Origin: Candidatus Heimdallarchaeota archaeon
GTDB taxonomy: Archaea; Asgardarchaeota; Heimdallarchaeia; Hodarchaeales; Hodarchaeaceae
Assembly (NCBI GenBank): GCA_019057635.1
Contig: DXJL01000056.1
Location: 14,774 to 78,773, forward strand
Length of the DNA stretch: 64,000 nt
Direction: 5' to 3'
The position numbers and the translations under genes were made by a program. Position 1 is the stretch's first letter; every line of letters begins with the position of its first letter. The notes under the pieces were generated by a model that was given only the letters and a program-made list of their open reading frames with translations, was not told the origin of the DNA and did not search any database. Positions 9,566 through 18,945 of the stretch are shown here, one piece after another.

Positions 9566-9808
9566 TTAACGAACTATTCCGCCAGTTGTTCTTGTAATCA
9601 TATATAATTTATCTAGATCTTCTATCCCTGCTGATTTTAAGGTCTCGCTCTCATCAAGCTGCTTCCCCTGAAATACAAGAATGACTGAACGAGCAGGAAT
9701 TCGTTTTTGTTGAGCAACTCGCTCTTTAATTGATGCCAAAGATTCTGTTTTCTCACAGGTGAGCGTAATCTGTCCTCCTCCAATTGCCTGAACGATATTT
9801 ATCTGCAT
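9566..9808 (-). CDS. Ubiquitin-like protein encoded as a precursor (..TTGG-IVR)
   Basis: 80 aa that align along their length with ubiquitin (MQI...IPA...FQGKQLDE...L....GG). A di-Gly is followed by 3 extra residues. Confidence 0.8.
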   Translation of the reverse strand: MQINIVQAIGGGQITLTCEKTESLASIKERVAQQKRIPARSVILVFQGKQLDESETLKSAGIEDLDKLYMITRTTGGIVR

Positions 9809-9987
9809 ATTTAATTCCCAGCTTTTAAATTATTCACCAAATCAAGTTAACCGTAATTTATCTGTCTTTGAGGATAACTTGTAGATCCCACGTATTCACT
9901 TGACCTTTAACTTATAAACGATACGAATGGGGATTTTGAGAGCCTATAGAACTATTCTTCTTCTCTAAATAAATAGTAGGATTACAC

Positions 9988-10788
9988 CTATTCATCATCA
10001 TCTGCTTCGAGAAATATTATCCCGTCATTTGTGATCTGAAATGTCAATGTTTTAGTAGTATGTTTTGTTCCTCTCATTTTACTGATTCTGAGGATTCGCA
10101 TCATTTCTCCTCGTACTGACAGCATATCCAGATGAATTATCGAATCGGCAATATACTCTTCTCCAAAGATCGAAGTGCCTGTATTACTTGGTAATTCTGA
10201 TATTGCGAGTGTGGTTACATTTAGTGAAGCAATATTAGCTAAAAAGCCTGTAGTTAATTTCCTTAAGAAACCCTGATCATTACCATAGTCATAAAATCGA
10301 AATGCCGCTAGAGGGTCAATAACAATGCGTTCAATTTTCTTTTCTTCCACAACTTGACTTATATGATAAAAGACTCTATGTAGGAATGTTGGTAAGGAAG
10401 TCTCATCATATGGCACACCTTCGGCTTCAATGACAAAAGGAGAGCCTTCTGTTAAATTAAGACTATCAGGATCCCATAATTCCCAACCTGAAGGAGTAAA
10501 ATCAAGCATAACTATTTTTTCTGGTTCAACATAGTGATTATGATCAAAAAAAGAAAAATTACTCGCATCACGACGAATAGCCCATGGAGGTTCCTGCATA
10601 GCTACAAGTAGACCATTTTCATTCTTTAATGCTCCTTCTGACAGAAAATGCAATCCGAAGATAGTTTTTCCAGCTCCAGCAGGTCCAATAATCAGATTTG
10701 TTGTACCTTTGATAAGGCCGCCTTGTGTAAGCTCATCTAAATAAGGAATACCACTAGTTACTCGTATTTTTTCGAACAAGTGTAGCAC
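9988..10788 (-). CDS. KaiC-like RecA-superfamily ATPase
   Basis: N-terminus 'GIPYLDELTQGGLIKGTTNLIIGPAGAGKTIFGLHF' is the KaiC/RadB-type Walker A context. Confidence 0.7.
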   Translation of the reverse strand: MLHLFEKIRVTSGIPYLDELTQGGLIKGTTNLIIGPAGAGKTIFGLHFLSEGALKNENGLLVAMQEPPWAIRRDASNFSFFDHNHYVEPEKIVMLDFTPSGWELWDPDSLNLTEGSPFVIEAEGVPYDETSLPTFLHRVFYHISQVVEEKKIERIVIDPLAAFRFYDYGNDQGFLRKLTTGFLANIASLNVTTLAISELPSNTGTSIFGEEYIADSIIHLDMLSVRGEMMRILRISKMRGTKHTTKTLTFQITNDGIIFLEADDDE

Positions 10789-10968
10789 ACATATCCTCTA
10801 AGGGGATCTGGTGAAAAATAGTACCCCACTCCTTATTAGTTGAACTCAATTCAAGGGAACCAAAATACTATCTTAGAATTGAAAATTAATATTCTAAAAC
10901 GCGTAAAAAAGGTTTAAACTTAGCTAGATTTGTCTATAAGGATAAATCTTAATATTTTCATTTGATTT

Positions 10969-11538
10969 TCAAATTTGGGTTTGCTCAACCACAACTTTAC
11001 GATATTTTATCATTTCTTCTACTAGATACTCAAAAGCTACTTCAAGATTTTCACCACTTCGAATCCCACCAGGATCTGTCGCTACAGTGCCAAAAATTTG
11101 ATATGCATACTCCTTTAGATGAGCTTCAACAAATGCTTTGTGAATAAAGTCTGGAGATAATGCTATAGGTAAGTCCTGTTTATTTGCTATTACTAAGATT
11201 GGTATCTTGCCAGGTATTAAACGTAATGCTTCATCTAACCACTGTTCATCGTATCTAAAGTTTCTTTGTGAACTATCTATGACAAAAACAATTCCATCAG
11301 CAGTACGAACAAAGCGTTCATGATACCGCATATCTAAAAATCTCTTCTGCCCGCCCACATCGATTAAACCCAATAACGTAGATCCAATCTCGACATGAGA
11401 GATTCCAAAGGCAATCGTTGGTTTTATATTACCTGGTGCGGGATAACCATGTTCTAAGTAAAAGGCGATGGAGGATTTTCCCACTCCACTTGTACCGAGT
11501 AATATTACCGAGAATATGTTTTCAGATGATGTTTGCAT
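10969..11538 (-). CDS. Arf/Arl-like small GTPase
   Basis: P-loop 'GTSGVGKSS' and the Arf-type G3 'DVGGQ' and G4 'NKQD' motifs. Confidence 0.8.
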   Translation of the reverse strand: MQTSSENIFSVILLGTSGVGKSSIAFYLEHGYPAPGNIKPTIAFGISHVEIGSTLLGLIDVGGQKRFLDMRYHERFVRTADGIVFVIDSSQRNFRYDEQWLDEALRLIPGKIPILVIANKQDLPIALSPDFIHKAFVEAHLKEYAYQIFGTVATDPGGIRSGENLEVAFEYLVEEMIKYRKVVVEQTQI

Positions 11539-11762
11539 ATGGAAATAAATCCTTTCATTAATGCTAACGTCTGAAATAGAACTCAGACATTAAAGATACT
11601 GATGTATGTTGTATCTCCTATACACGGATTAAAAAAGGAATAGAAACTTTAAAAGAGATTCCAAACTAAAATTGAATCTAGGGACTTAGAAAATAAGAAT
11701 GTCATTTCAATAGAATTTTATGGGTAAATTTCTTAGCTGTACTGAAGCAAGCATATTACTTT

Positions 11763-12158
11763 TTGTGGATTAAAATGGATAAAAAATCTCGTGAAATCAA
11801 AATTGAATCTTTGAAAACTCCAAAAGGAGACGTACCGACTGTTAAAGGATTGGAAACGGTAATTGATTCAGTCTTTTCTGAATATGGAAAAATAGAAAAC
11901 AGGTTCAATATGCTTCAACAAAAATTGGAAACCGTTTCAAAAGAAATCGCGAGTCAATCAGGTCTCATAACCGATCTGAGTAAAAGTTTCTCTGATTTAA
12001 TTGTAATATTAGGAAATTTAGACCGTAAAATTGAACAACAGCAATCTATTACAACCAATAACCGACATATTGAAACAATTGATTTATTAACATTGAAAAA
12101 GGACTTATCACGGATTCTCAGCAAATTAGAGTCGCTAATGACAACAAATGAGAGGTAG
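11763..12158 (+). CDS. Coiled-coil hypothetical protein
   Basis: 131 aa with heptad-like periodicity and no recognisable catalytic motif. Confidence 0.35.
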   Translation: MWIKMDKKSREIKIESLKTPKGDVPTVKGLETVIDSVFSEYGKIENRFNMLQQKLETVSKEIASQSGLITDLSKSFSDLIVILGNLDRKIEQQQSITTNNRHIETIDLLTLKKDLSRILSKLESLMTTNER

Positions 12159-12249
12159 ACACACTCTTATGGGACAAATCATTCAGTACAAAATTAAATT
12201 CACTCTCGAAGGCTCTATATACCGAAAAAAGTGGATGGAGAATTAAAAT

Positions 12250-12462
12250 ATGAAAGGGAATCGAATAAAATTAATTTCTCGCCCCATTGGAAACTGGGAT
12301 CCATTTCAAACCTCCTCACGGTGTATTATCTGTTGGAAGCCTGTTAAAGATAACGATCCATTAATGGAATGTCCCCACTGCCATAGTAGAGCCCATCAAG
12401 AACATATGCTACGTTGGTTAGCAAAGAAGAATTATTGTCCTTACTGCAATAAAAAGTGGTAA
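12250..12462 (+). CDS. Small RING-like zinc-finger protein (putative E3-like)
   Basis: 'CIICW...x13...CPHCHSRAHQEH...CPYC' has cross-brace Cys/His spacing reminiscent of RING-H2/RING-variant. It is translationally coupled to the next ORF. Confidence 0.45.
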   Translation: MKGNRIKLISRPIGNWDPFQTSSRCIICWKPVKDNDPLMECPHCHSRAHQEHMLRWLAKKNYCPYCNKKW

Positions 12463-12463
12463 T

Positions 12464-12919
12464 ATGAACGAAATAACGTACTTACCTATAGTTCTCCAAG
12501 AACTGGTACAGGCACTAGAAAATCATCTGGACCAATTAACACCAAATCGCAAAAGAACATTACCTGTTAAGATAAAGAAACAGAATCAAAATACCATTAT
12601 AACTTGGAATATCTACTCTGAGCCTCAAAAGGAAATTACAGGAATATTCTCTGATTTACAGAAAATAATTTCACAAATTCTTGAACAACCTCTAGATGGC
12701 GAGCTCATTTATTTTGAAATTAAAAAGGGTCAAATTATTGATGCAGGAATTAATGCTTTTTCCATTAAACAAGGTTTTTCTTGGGATTTATACCTTTACC
12801 AACCTGAAACGTTTGTATACGTACGTTTGCTACATGAAACAAATCTTGACAGTTGTATCGATGCATGGATTTCAATTGATATTGACCTAATTGAAAACTC
12901 TGCTTGGTTTCTTGATTGA
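12464..12919 (+). CDS. Hypothetical protein (coupled to the RING-like ORF)
   Basis: ATG overlaps the upstream stop (TAATATGA). No recognisable motifs. Confidence 0.4.
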   Translation: MNEITYLPIVLQELVQALENHLDQLTPNRKRTLPVKIKKQNQNTIITWNIYSEPQKEITGIFSDLQKIISQILEQPLDGELIYFEIKKGQIIDAGINAFSIKQGFSWDLYLYQPETFVYVRLLHETNLDSCIDAWISIDIDLIENSAWFLD

Positions 12920-12929
12920 AGAAATGACT

Positions 12930-13874
12930 TCAGATAATGCTCCATCGTTTTGAATGAATTTCATAATGGGTACGGCCCTCATTCTCCATCTCCCTTAGAA
13001 ACGCCGTTACAGTTGTTGATGCCACTCCTAACTCTTCAAATGGGGAATCCCAAGATATTCCAATAGTGTTAAGGTATTCTTCGGCGATGTAATAGGTTTT
13101 CGCTTCTCCTACACTTACAAGTATATCATATATTGTATCTTTCGTGTGTTTGTGCTCAAATATCAAATTGTGCAGGTATAAATCGAAAGGATGTGGAACA
13201 GGACTCTGGTGAGCAGGACAAATAATATCTGTAGATAAATTAGACAACATTTTCAGCACTTTCAACCGTTTCTGAGAATCTCCAGTACCATCTATGAAGA
13301 ATGAGGCAGGTTTTTCTGGAGCAATATTTCCTTCATCGCCTATGAATGTACACTTGGCTGAATAGGCTTGAATTAAGAGAGAATCTTTAGAATGTCCCCC
13401 TGTTGATTGCAAAATTAGTTCTTCAGACCCTAAATCAATTGTTTCACTATCACTAATACGTGTAATGAGTTCTTCTTTTACTTTCCCAATTTTTGAGAAG
13501 AGAGATGATTTCATTGCTAACCTAAATTTTGAAGGATTTGGGAATTGCTTATCCAATATATATTTTTGTCCTTCGGTTAGGGCTTTTATTCCTGACTCAT
13601 GAATTACGATTTGTGGTTTTATCTTTGATAGTGCGCTAATACCCGCCCAATGATCAGGATGAGTATGGGTTAGAATTATGTATTTGATATCCGAAGTATC
13701 TCTACCTGCTTTTTTAATGAAAGAAATTATGTCCTTTCCAACGGATCTCGAGGGTAAATCAATTATTGCTATCTTTTCCCCCATGACCAAATAGCTAGCA
13801 AATTCTTCTTTTTGTTTACCTGTTTTCCCTATAATCCGAAATACTCCAGGAGCCCATTCTACGAAGTTCCCCAT
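12930..13874 (-). CDS. Metallo-beta-lactamase-fold hydrolase
   Basis: 'ILTHTHPDHWAG' HxHxDH metal-binding motif. Confidence 0.75.
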   Translation of the reverse strand: MGNFVEWAPGVFRIIGKTGKQKEEFASYLVMGEKIAIIDLPSRSVGKDIISFIKKAGRDTSDIKYIILTHTHPDHWAGISALSKIKPQIVIHESGIKALTEGQKYILDKQFPNPSKFRLAMKSSLFSKIGKVKEELITRISDSETIDLGSEELILQSTGGHSKDSLLIQAYSAKCTFIGDEGNIAPEKPASFFIDGTGDSQKRLKVLKMLSNLSTDIICPAHQSPVPHPFDLYLHNLIFEHKHTKDTIYDILVSVGEAKTYYIAEEYLNTIGISWDSPFEELGVASTTVTAFLREMENEGRTHYEIHSKRWSII

Positions 13875-14047
13875 AATTGTTCACACATTTCATAGTAAAG
13901 TGTTTTTTTACGTTTAATATCCTCTAAATTTCTTTATTAATGCCTTTCGGTGGAGGAGGTAGGATTTCTGTTTAGGATTTTCTCTGCAACAATAAAGGAT
14001 AATTTTTAAAAAGAATCACTAGAATCAAGATCGTATACGAGAGTCCT

Positions 14048-15079
14048 TTGAGGGATACCATATTGAACTTAGACGAATTAATCGAACATGGTTTTATTCC
14101 TGTAATTGATCCTACTACACCTGATTCGCTTGCAGGCCAAGGAGCAAATGCGTTTCTTGCCGAGTACGGAGGAGTGGTTGAAGAAGTAGCGCTTGTTTGC
14201 AAGAAAGAGGATGGATTGGTGACTTTTCGAAGTGGAGCGGCGCCTAGTGATCGAAATTATGAAAACTTCTTTACAGATTTTACAGAATTGGCGAATGATC
14301 TTGGTATGAAAACCCATGCATTTTCGTATGCCTTTGGTGATTCATATCTCGGATCGGATCCGAATTATTCAATTGGTCGCTCTGATGGCACTCTAATGAC
14401 TACATATGTCGACCCCAGTATGGAGGGATACTGGAAACATCTGAGCCAAATATCTCGTGAAGTGGCCCGTAAACCCATTCGATCATTAGTTCTGCAAGAA
14501 TTTCTCTTCCCGAGACAGGAATTTTCATTTTCGAAAAGAGCAGTTCGAAAATTTGCGGAATTATCAGGTGTAAGTCTTGATACCAGCTACCTAGATATCC
14601 AGAAGGACCCTTCTATTCAACGAATGTTTGAAGATTGGCGTGTTGATCTTATCAGTAGAGCATTTCGTCAAACAGTCGAGAATGCAAGAAGCGAACGACC
14701 TAGCTTAGATATTGGCATGGTTGTCCCAGTGGATCCTGAAACTGAATGGCACGAAGGATTTATTCGTCATTATGGGATAAATCTGGATAGAATTATAGAA
14801 ATTTGTGGATATGTAATATATCATATCATGCCTTATTCTCCCATGTATCCAGAACCTGGTACACCGAGTTGGGATGCTTTAACTCATGCACTTCGTAGTT
14901 CAACTCTCTATGAAGAAAGTGGATATAAAAAAGCATTATTTGTATGGGGATTAGATGCAGAAGATGACATAACTTGGTTAGAGACCTTAAAACAGGAAGT
15001 CAAGGCTGATAAAATCTTTGCGAGACTTGAATATCCTGAAAAATATTCAGTCAAGCGGGAAATTCATCGAGGAGTTTAG
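14048..15079 (+). CDS. Hypothetical protein
   Basis: 343 aa ORF with good coding appearance. No motif recognised. Confidence 0.4.
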   Translation: MRDTILNLDELIEHGFIPVIDPTTPDSLAGQGANAFLAEYGGVVEEVALVCKKEDGLVTFRSGAAPSDRNYENFFTDFTELANDLGMKTHAFSYAFGDSYLGSDPNYSIGRSDGTLMTTYVDPSMEGYWKHLSQISREVARKPIRSLVLQEFLFPRQEFSFSKRAVRKFAELSGVSLDTSYLDIQKDPSIQRMFEDWRVDLISRAFRQTVENARSERPSLDIGMVVPVDPETEWHEGFIRHYGINLDRIIEICGYVIYHIMPYSPMYPEPGTPSWDALTHALRSSTLYEESGYKKALFVWGLDAEDDITWLETLKQEVKADKIFARLEYPEKYSVKREIHRGV

Positions 15080-15086
15080 ATTCCAT

Positions 15087-15539
15087 CTATTTTTGATTCC
15101 AGTGGGCATAGCGTCGAATATAATCCAGAACCTGATTTCGAAATACATTCTTGTTCCGTTTCCATTGACGTGCTGCGGTCGCGTTAAGCGGATCCTCTGG
15201 ATTGGGACTAGTTAAAAGAAATCGAATTGTTTCGACAACCTGTACCAAGCTATATGCGGGACTCCAATCCTTTCCAAGAACACCTACACACACTTTCTCC
15301 CTGAATATATTCACATGCCAAATAGGGGTTTTAAATCGTACCTTAGGTGGTTCAAATGGGTAACTCCGAGGAATTTTTATTTCTATTACAAATACACCAC
15401 CCTCATATAACCCCGAACCAAGGATTTCTCCTTTCCAAAAAGTTAAATCATTATTCACTGATCGGAAGGTAGGTTGTTCCCGAGTTAGTTCTTGAGCTTC
15501 AATTGCGAGTCGATCTAACCATTCTTCTTCCGTTAGCAT
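15087..15539 (-). CDS. Ubiquitin-conjugating enzyme E2 (UBC fold)
   Basis: 'HVNIFREKVCVGVLGKDWSPAYSLVQVVETIRFLLTSPNPEDPLN' is the UBC active-site region with catalytic Cys, the downstream Trp and a PxxPxP patch. It reads HVN in place of the canonical HPN. Confidence 0.8.
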   Translation of the reverse strand: MLTEEEWLDRLAIEAQELTREQPTFRSVNNDLTFWKGEILGSGLYEGGVFVIEIKIPRSYPFEPPKVRFKTPIWHVNIFREKVCVGVLGKDWSPAYSLVQVVETIRFLLTSPNPEDPLNATAARQWKRNKNVFRNQVLDYIRRYAHWNQK

Positions 15540-15785
15540 GGTATCTTCACCGAAATTTTTCCCTGTATCAAAGGAGAGGCTTCTAATTAATAAGTATAAG
15601 TGAATAAAGCTCTGATTGTACTTGCAATTATGTATCTATAAAATTAGGTTTATAGGAAAGTTGGTTCTATAACAAACATAATCTGACGATAACACTTTTA
15701 TTTATTTTAAAAGGCAATAATTTACGATCATACTCCTCAATATATTAACCTTTCAAAATAATTACGAATTAGGTGACTCTGTTCC

Positions 15786-16082
15786 ATGAGTGAAGCGTAT
15801 AAAGATATTCTTGACCGGTTTAACAAACTCCAAGAAATTATGGTTCTTGATGACAAGGAATTTCGCAAAAATCCAAAAAAAACAGCCCGAATCGCTAGTA
15901 TGTTAGTAATGGCGAGCTTGTATTCAAAATTCTCCTTGGATCGTCAATATGCAGTCTTCAAAGCAATGAAACAATCGATGCGGGAAAAAGTTGATAGCTA
16001 TAAAGCACTAGGAGATTCAGTTGATGATATTGCAGCTACCTTAGTCTACGCATCAGAAATTAATAAGAGTAAAACAGGTTAA
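15786..16082 (+). CDS. Hypothetical small protein
   Basis: 98 aa ORF with no motif recognised. Confidence 0.3.
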   Translation: MSEAYKDILDRFNKLQEIMVLDDKEFRKNPKKTARIASMLVMASLYSKFSLDRQYAVFKAMKQSMREKVDSYKALGDSVDDIAATLVYASEINKSKTG

Positions 16083-16753
16083 CTCCGAGCTAACCATCAA
16101 AGAGACAAGTAATGGGCACTTTGCTAGAGAAGAACTATTCTTTATCCATTAAAAGTCATAATTAGGCGAGTTCAACAAAGTAACTAGTCATCAGTTTATT
16201 GAAATTTTTAGTTTTTTTCGATTTTTCTGAAAACAAAAAAAATGCAATCGAAAATTCAATTAAAGCAAAATGCGTTATTAAATAAGAGAAACAGTAAGAG
16301 GGGGGAGGGAGGGGATCCAGCGCTAATAAAAAACAATGTTTTTTGGCACGCTGAATCCCATCGTATTCTAGTTTTTATACCGATTAAACCTCAAGTGTCT
16401 AACTGGTCATGAGAGCTTCCTTTGCAGAACTTTATAATATTTTTTATAAGTTACACGAAAAAAACCCATATTCTCTTCACAGACAAAATACACACTTCGC
16501 AGTAGATACTCGACAGTATAAGCTCCACATTTTTCTTTTATACACCTACTAAAAATTTTCCAAAATTGAGTAAACCCTCGAAAGAATTTTAAATACTCGT
16601 TTTTCTGCTCTTTTTGAGGCGAAATAACATGTGGGATTGCCAAATGCTTGAATTACTTTGAATTCTTTTTTGGTTTCTTTCAAGATAATACCTTAGTTCG
16701 CCTTATTAGGGTTGAAACTTTTTATTCTACTTGCCTCTCAACTCCTCCCTTAA

Positions 16754-18892
16754 TTGTACTTGATAATTATTTTAGTAAAAAAAATAGCCATTATTTTGGA
16801 TGTGTCTCTCCTGGAAGATTTAACTGATAAGAAATTTGTTGTGTGTCCTGCATGGCCATACGTTAACGCCGTTCCCCATCTTGGAACAATTTTACACCTA
16901 CTCAGTGCTGATATTTATGTTCGTTACTTGAAGCTCCGCGGAGCAAATGTAATTTCAGCAACAGGTTCGGATTGTCACGGGACACCGATTGAAGTTGCGG
17001 CTCTAACTGAAGGAATTTCGCCTGAAGAGCTAGTTAATCGAAATCACATTCAAATTCTAGAGTTACTCCGCACATGGAATATTGATCTCAACTATTCAAA
17101 AACTGCTAATTCTTTCCATTATCAATGGGTACAGGATTTCTACCGTCGATGTTTCGAAAACGGATTTATATTTAGTAAAGAGATTGAGCAATTGTACTGT
17201 GAAACAGATAAGCGATTTTTACCAGATCGATTTGTTGAAGGGACTTGTCCGCATTGTAAAACTCCAGGAGCACGAGGTGATCAGTGTGATTCTCCAACTT
17301 GTGGAAAACCACTTCGTCCAGTTGAATTAATCAGTCCTGTATGCAAAATTTGTGGAAAATCCCCAGTGTATAAATCTACAACCCAATGGTATTATGATTT
17401 CAGTGCTTTTCAAGAAGAATTGACTGATTTCATACAACGAAATCAACAGTTCCCTGATAACGCACGAAAATTTTCCAACCATATTTTGGAGGAGGGGTTA
17501 CAAGCAAGAACATTAACTCGGGATTTAGCATGGGGGATTCCTGCGGGTCCAGCAATACCTGAAGCAGAGGGAAAATCAATTTATGTCTGGCTAGAGGCGG
17601 TTTTAGGATATATTTCTGCTTCAGCTGACCTTGGACTGCGCTTATACAAAGATCCAGACTATTGGAAGCAATTTTGGCTTGATCAAGAAACTCGTACTAT
17701 TTTCTTTATTGGTAAGGATAATATCTTCTTTCATACTCTTCTTTTTCCAGCACTCCTTTTAGGAACGAAAGATAGCTACGGGGATCCATTTGTTCTCCCC
17801 TACAATGTGAGTACTACTGAATTTCTTATATTTGATGATAAAAAATTCAGTAAATCTCGAGGTGTTGGTATCTGGATTGATGAAGCCGCTAAACTTCTAC
17901 CAACTGATTATTGGAGATATTATTTGGCAGCAACTCGCCCTGAAATTAAAGATACTTCTTTTACATGGCCTGAATTAGAACAACGTGTGAATAGCGATCT
18001 CAATGACGTTTTGGGTAATTATATTCATCGTGTTTTTGTTTTATTACACAAATATTTCGAAGGTAAGATTCCTGAATGTCACAGATTAGATGCTACGGAT
18101 AGAGAATTTGTTTCAGCTATTCATACTGTTCCCGAATCTGTTGCTGATAATTTTGACAATTTTGAATTTAAGAAGGCAACTACTGCCATAATTGATTTTG
18201 CACGAACAGCTAATGGGTATTTGAGTTCAAAGGAGCCTTGGAAATTGATAAAAACTGACATTACTGCAGTAGAAACCACTTTGTATCTTTGTGTTCAATC
18301 AGTTGCTACACTAAGTATTTTGCTATCACCAATCATACCTGATTCGGCCACTAAAATATGGGAAGTGCTTAAACAGAAGGGAAACGTCCATAATCAGCTT
18401 TTAAGTGAGGCAGGAAAACTCAAATTAAATCCTGGTTCTGAAATACTAGAATCAAAACCCCTATTCGCTAAAATTGAGATAGAAAAGATACAGAAACAAC
18501 TTGAGGATATTCATCGAAAACAAAGAAAGAAGACAAAAAAGGTGAAAAAATTGCCAGATAGAAGAATTATTCCATTCAAAGATTTTGAAAGACTTGATAT
18601 CCGAATAGGAACAATTAGAAAAGCCGAGAAAATACCTAAAGCCAAAAATCTCCTTAAAATAAGGGTCGATTTAGGAGAAGAAATTGGAGAAAGACAATTG
18701 GTAGCTGGACTCGCATCTTTCCGCAATACTGAAGAATTGATAGATAAAAAAATTACAGTTATTGTTAATTTAGAACCTGCAACCATTCGTGGTGTTAGAT
18801 CTGAAGGAATGCTTCTTGCAGCAGTAGAAGGTAAAGATTTAGGATTATTGATTCCTGATAAAGATGTCTCTAATGGAACGAAAGTAAGCTAA
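16754..18892 (+). CDS. metG: Methionine--tRNA ligase with C-terminal tRNA-binding (EMAP/Trbp111-like) domain
   Basis: HIGH-type motif 'PHLGT', KMSKS-type 'KFSKSRG' and zinc knuckles 'CPHCK...CDSPTCGK'. The real start is probably the in-frame TTG at 16796 or GTG at 16802. Confidence 0.9.
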   Translation: MYLIIILVKKIAIILDVSLLEDLTDKKFVVCPAWPYVNAVPHLGTILHLLSADIYVRYLKLRGANVISATGSDCHGTPIEVAALTEGISPEELVNRNHIQILELLRTWNIDLNYSKTANSFHYQWVQDFYRRCFENGFIFSKEIEQLYCETDKRFLPDRFVEGTCPHCKTPGARGDQCDSPTCGKPLRPVELISPVCKICGKSPVYKSTTQWYYDFSAFQEELTDFIQRNQQFPDNARKFSNHILEEGLQARTLTRDLAWGIPAGPAIPEAEGKSIYVWLEAVLGYISASADLGLRLYKDPDYWKQFWLDQETRTIFFIGKDNIFFHTLLFPALLLGTKDSYGDPFVLPYNVSTTEFLIFDDKKFSKSRGVGIWIDEAAKLLPTDYWRYYLAATRPEIKDTSFTWPELEQRVNSDLNDVLGNYIHRVFVLLHKYFEGKIPECHRLDATDREFVSAIHTVPESVADNFDNFEFKKATTAIIDFARTANGYLSSKEPWKLIKTDITAVETTLYLCVQSVATLSILLSPIIPDSATKIWEVLKQKGNVHNQLLSEAGKLKLNPGSEILESKPLFAKIEIEKIQKQLEDIHRKQRKKTKKVKKLPDRRIIPFKDFERLDIRIGTIRKAEKIPKAKNLLKIRVDLGEEIGERQLVAGLASFRNTEELIDKKITVIVNLEPATIRGVRSEGMLLAAVEGKDLGLLIPDKDVSNGTKVS

Positions 18893-18902
18893 AGTTTTTT
18901 AA
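18893..18902 (+). terminator. T-tract immediately after the metG stop (possible archaeal terminator)
   Basis: 'AGTTTTTTAA' directly after the TAA stop. Confidence 0.25.
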
Positions 18903-18945
18903 TAATCTATTCCCATCAAGAACTAATTTATCTCATATTTTAGGG

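Noticed and set aside
16407-16643. 78-aa ORF in the long spacer upstream of metG
   Set aside because: AT-rich, no motif and poor coding look, so it is probably non-coding leader/promoter DNA.
16754-16801. The first 14–16 codons of the metG ORF (LYLIIILVKKIAIIL…)
   Set aside because: The ORF track starts at a TTG far upstream, and the hydrophobic leader is atypical for MetRS. The true start is probably the in-frame TTG at 16796 or GTG at 16802.
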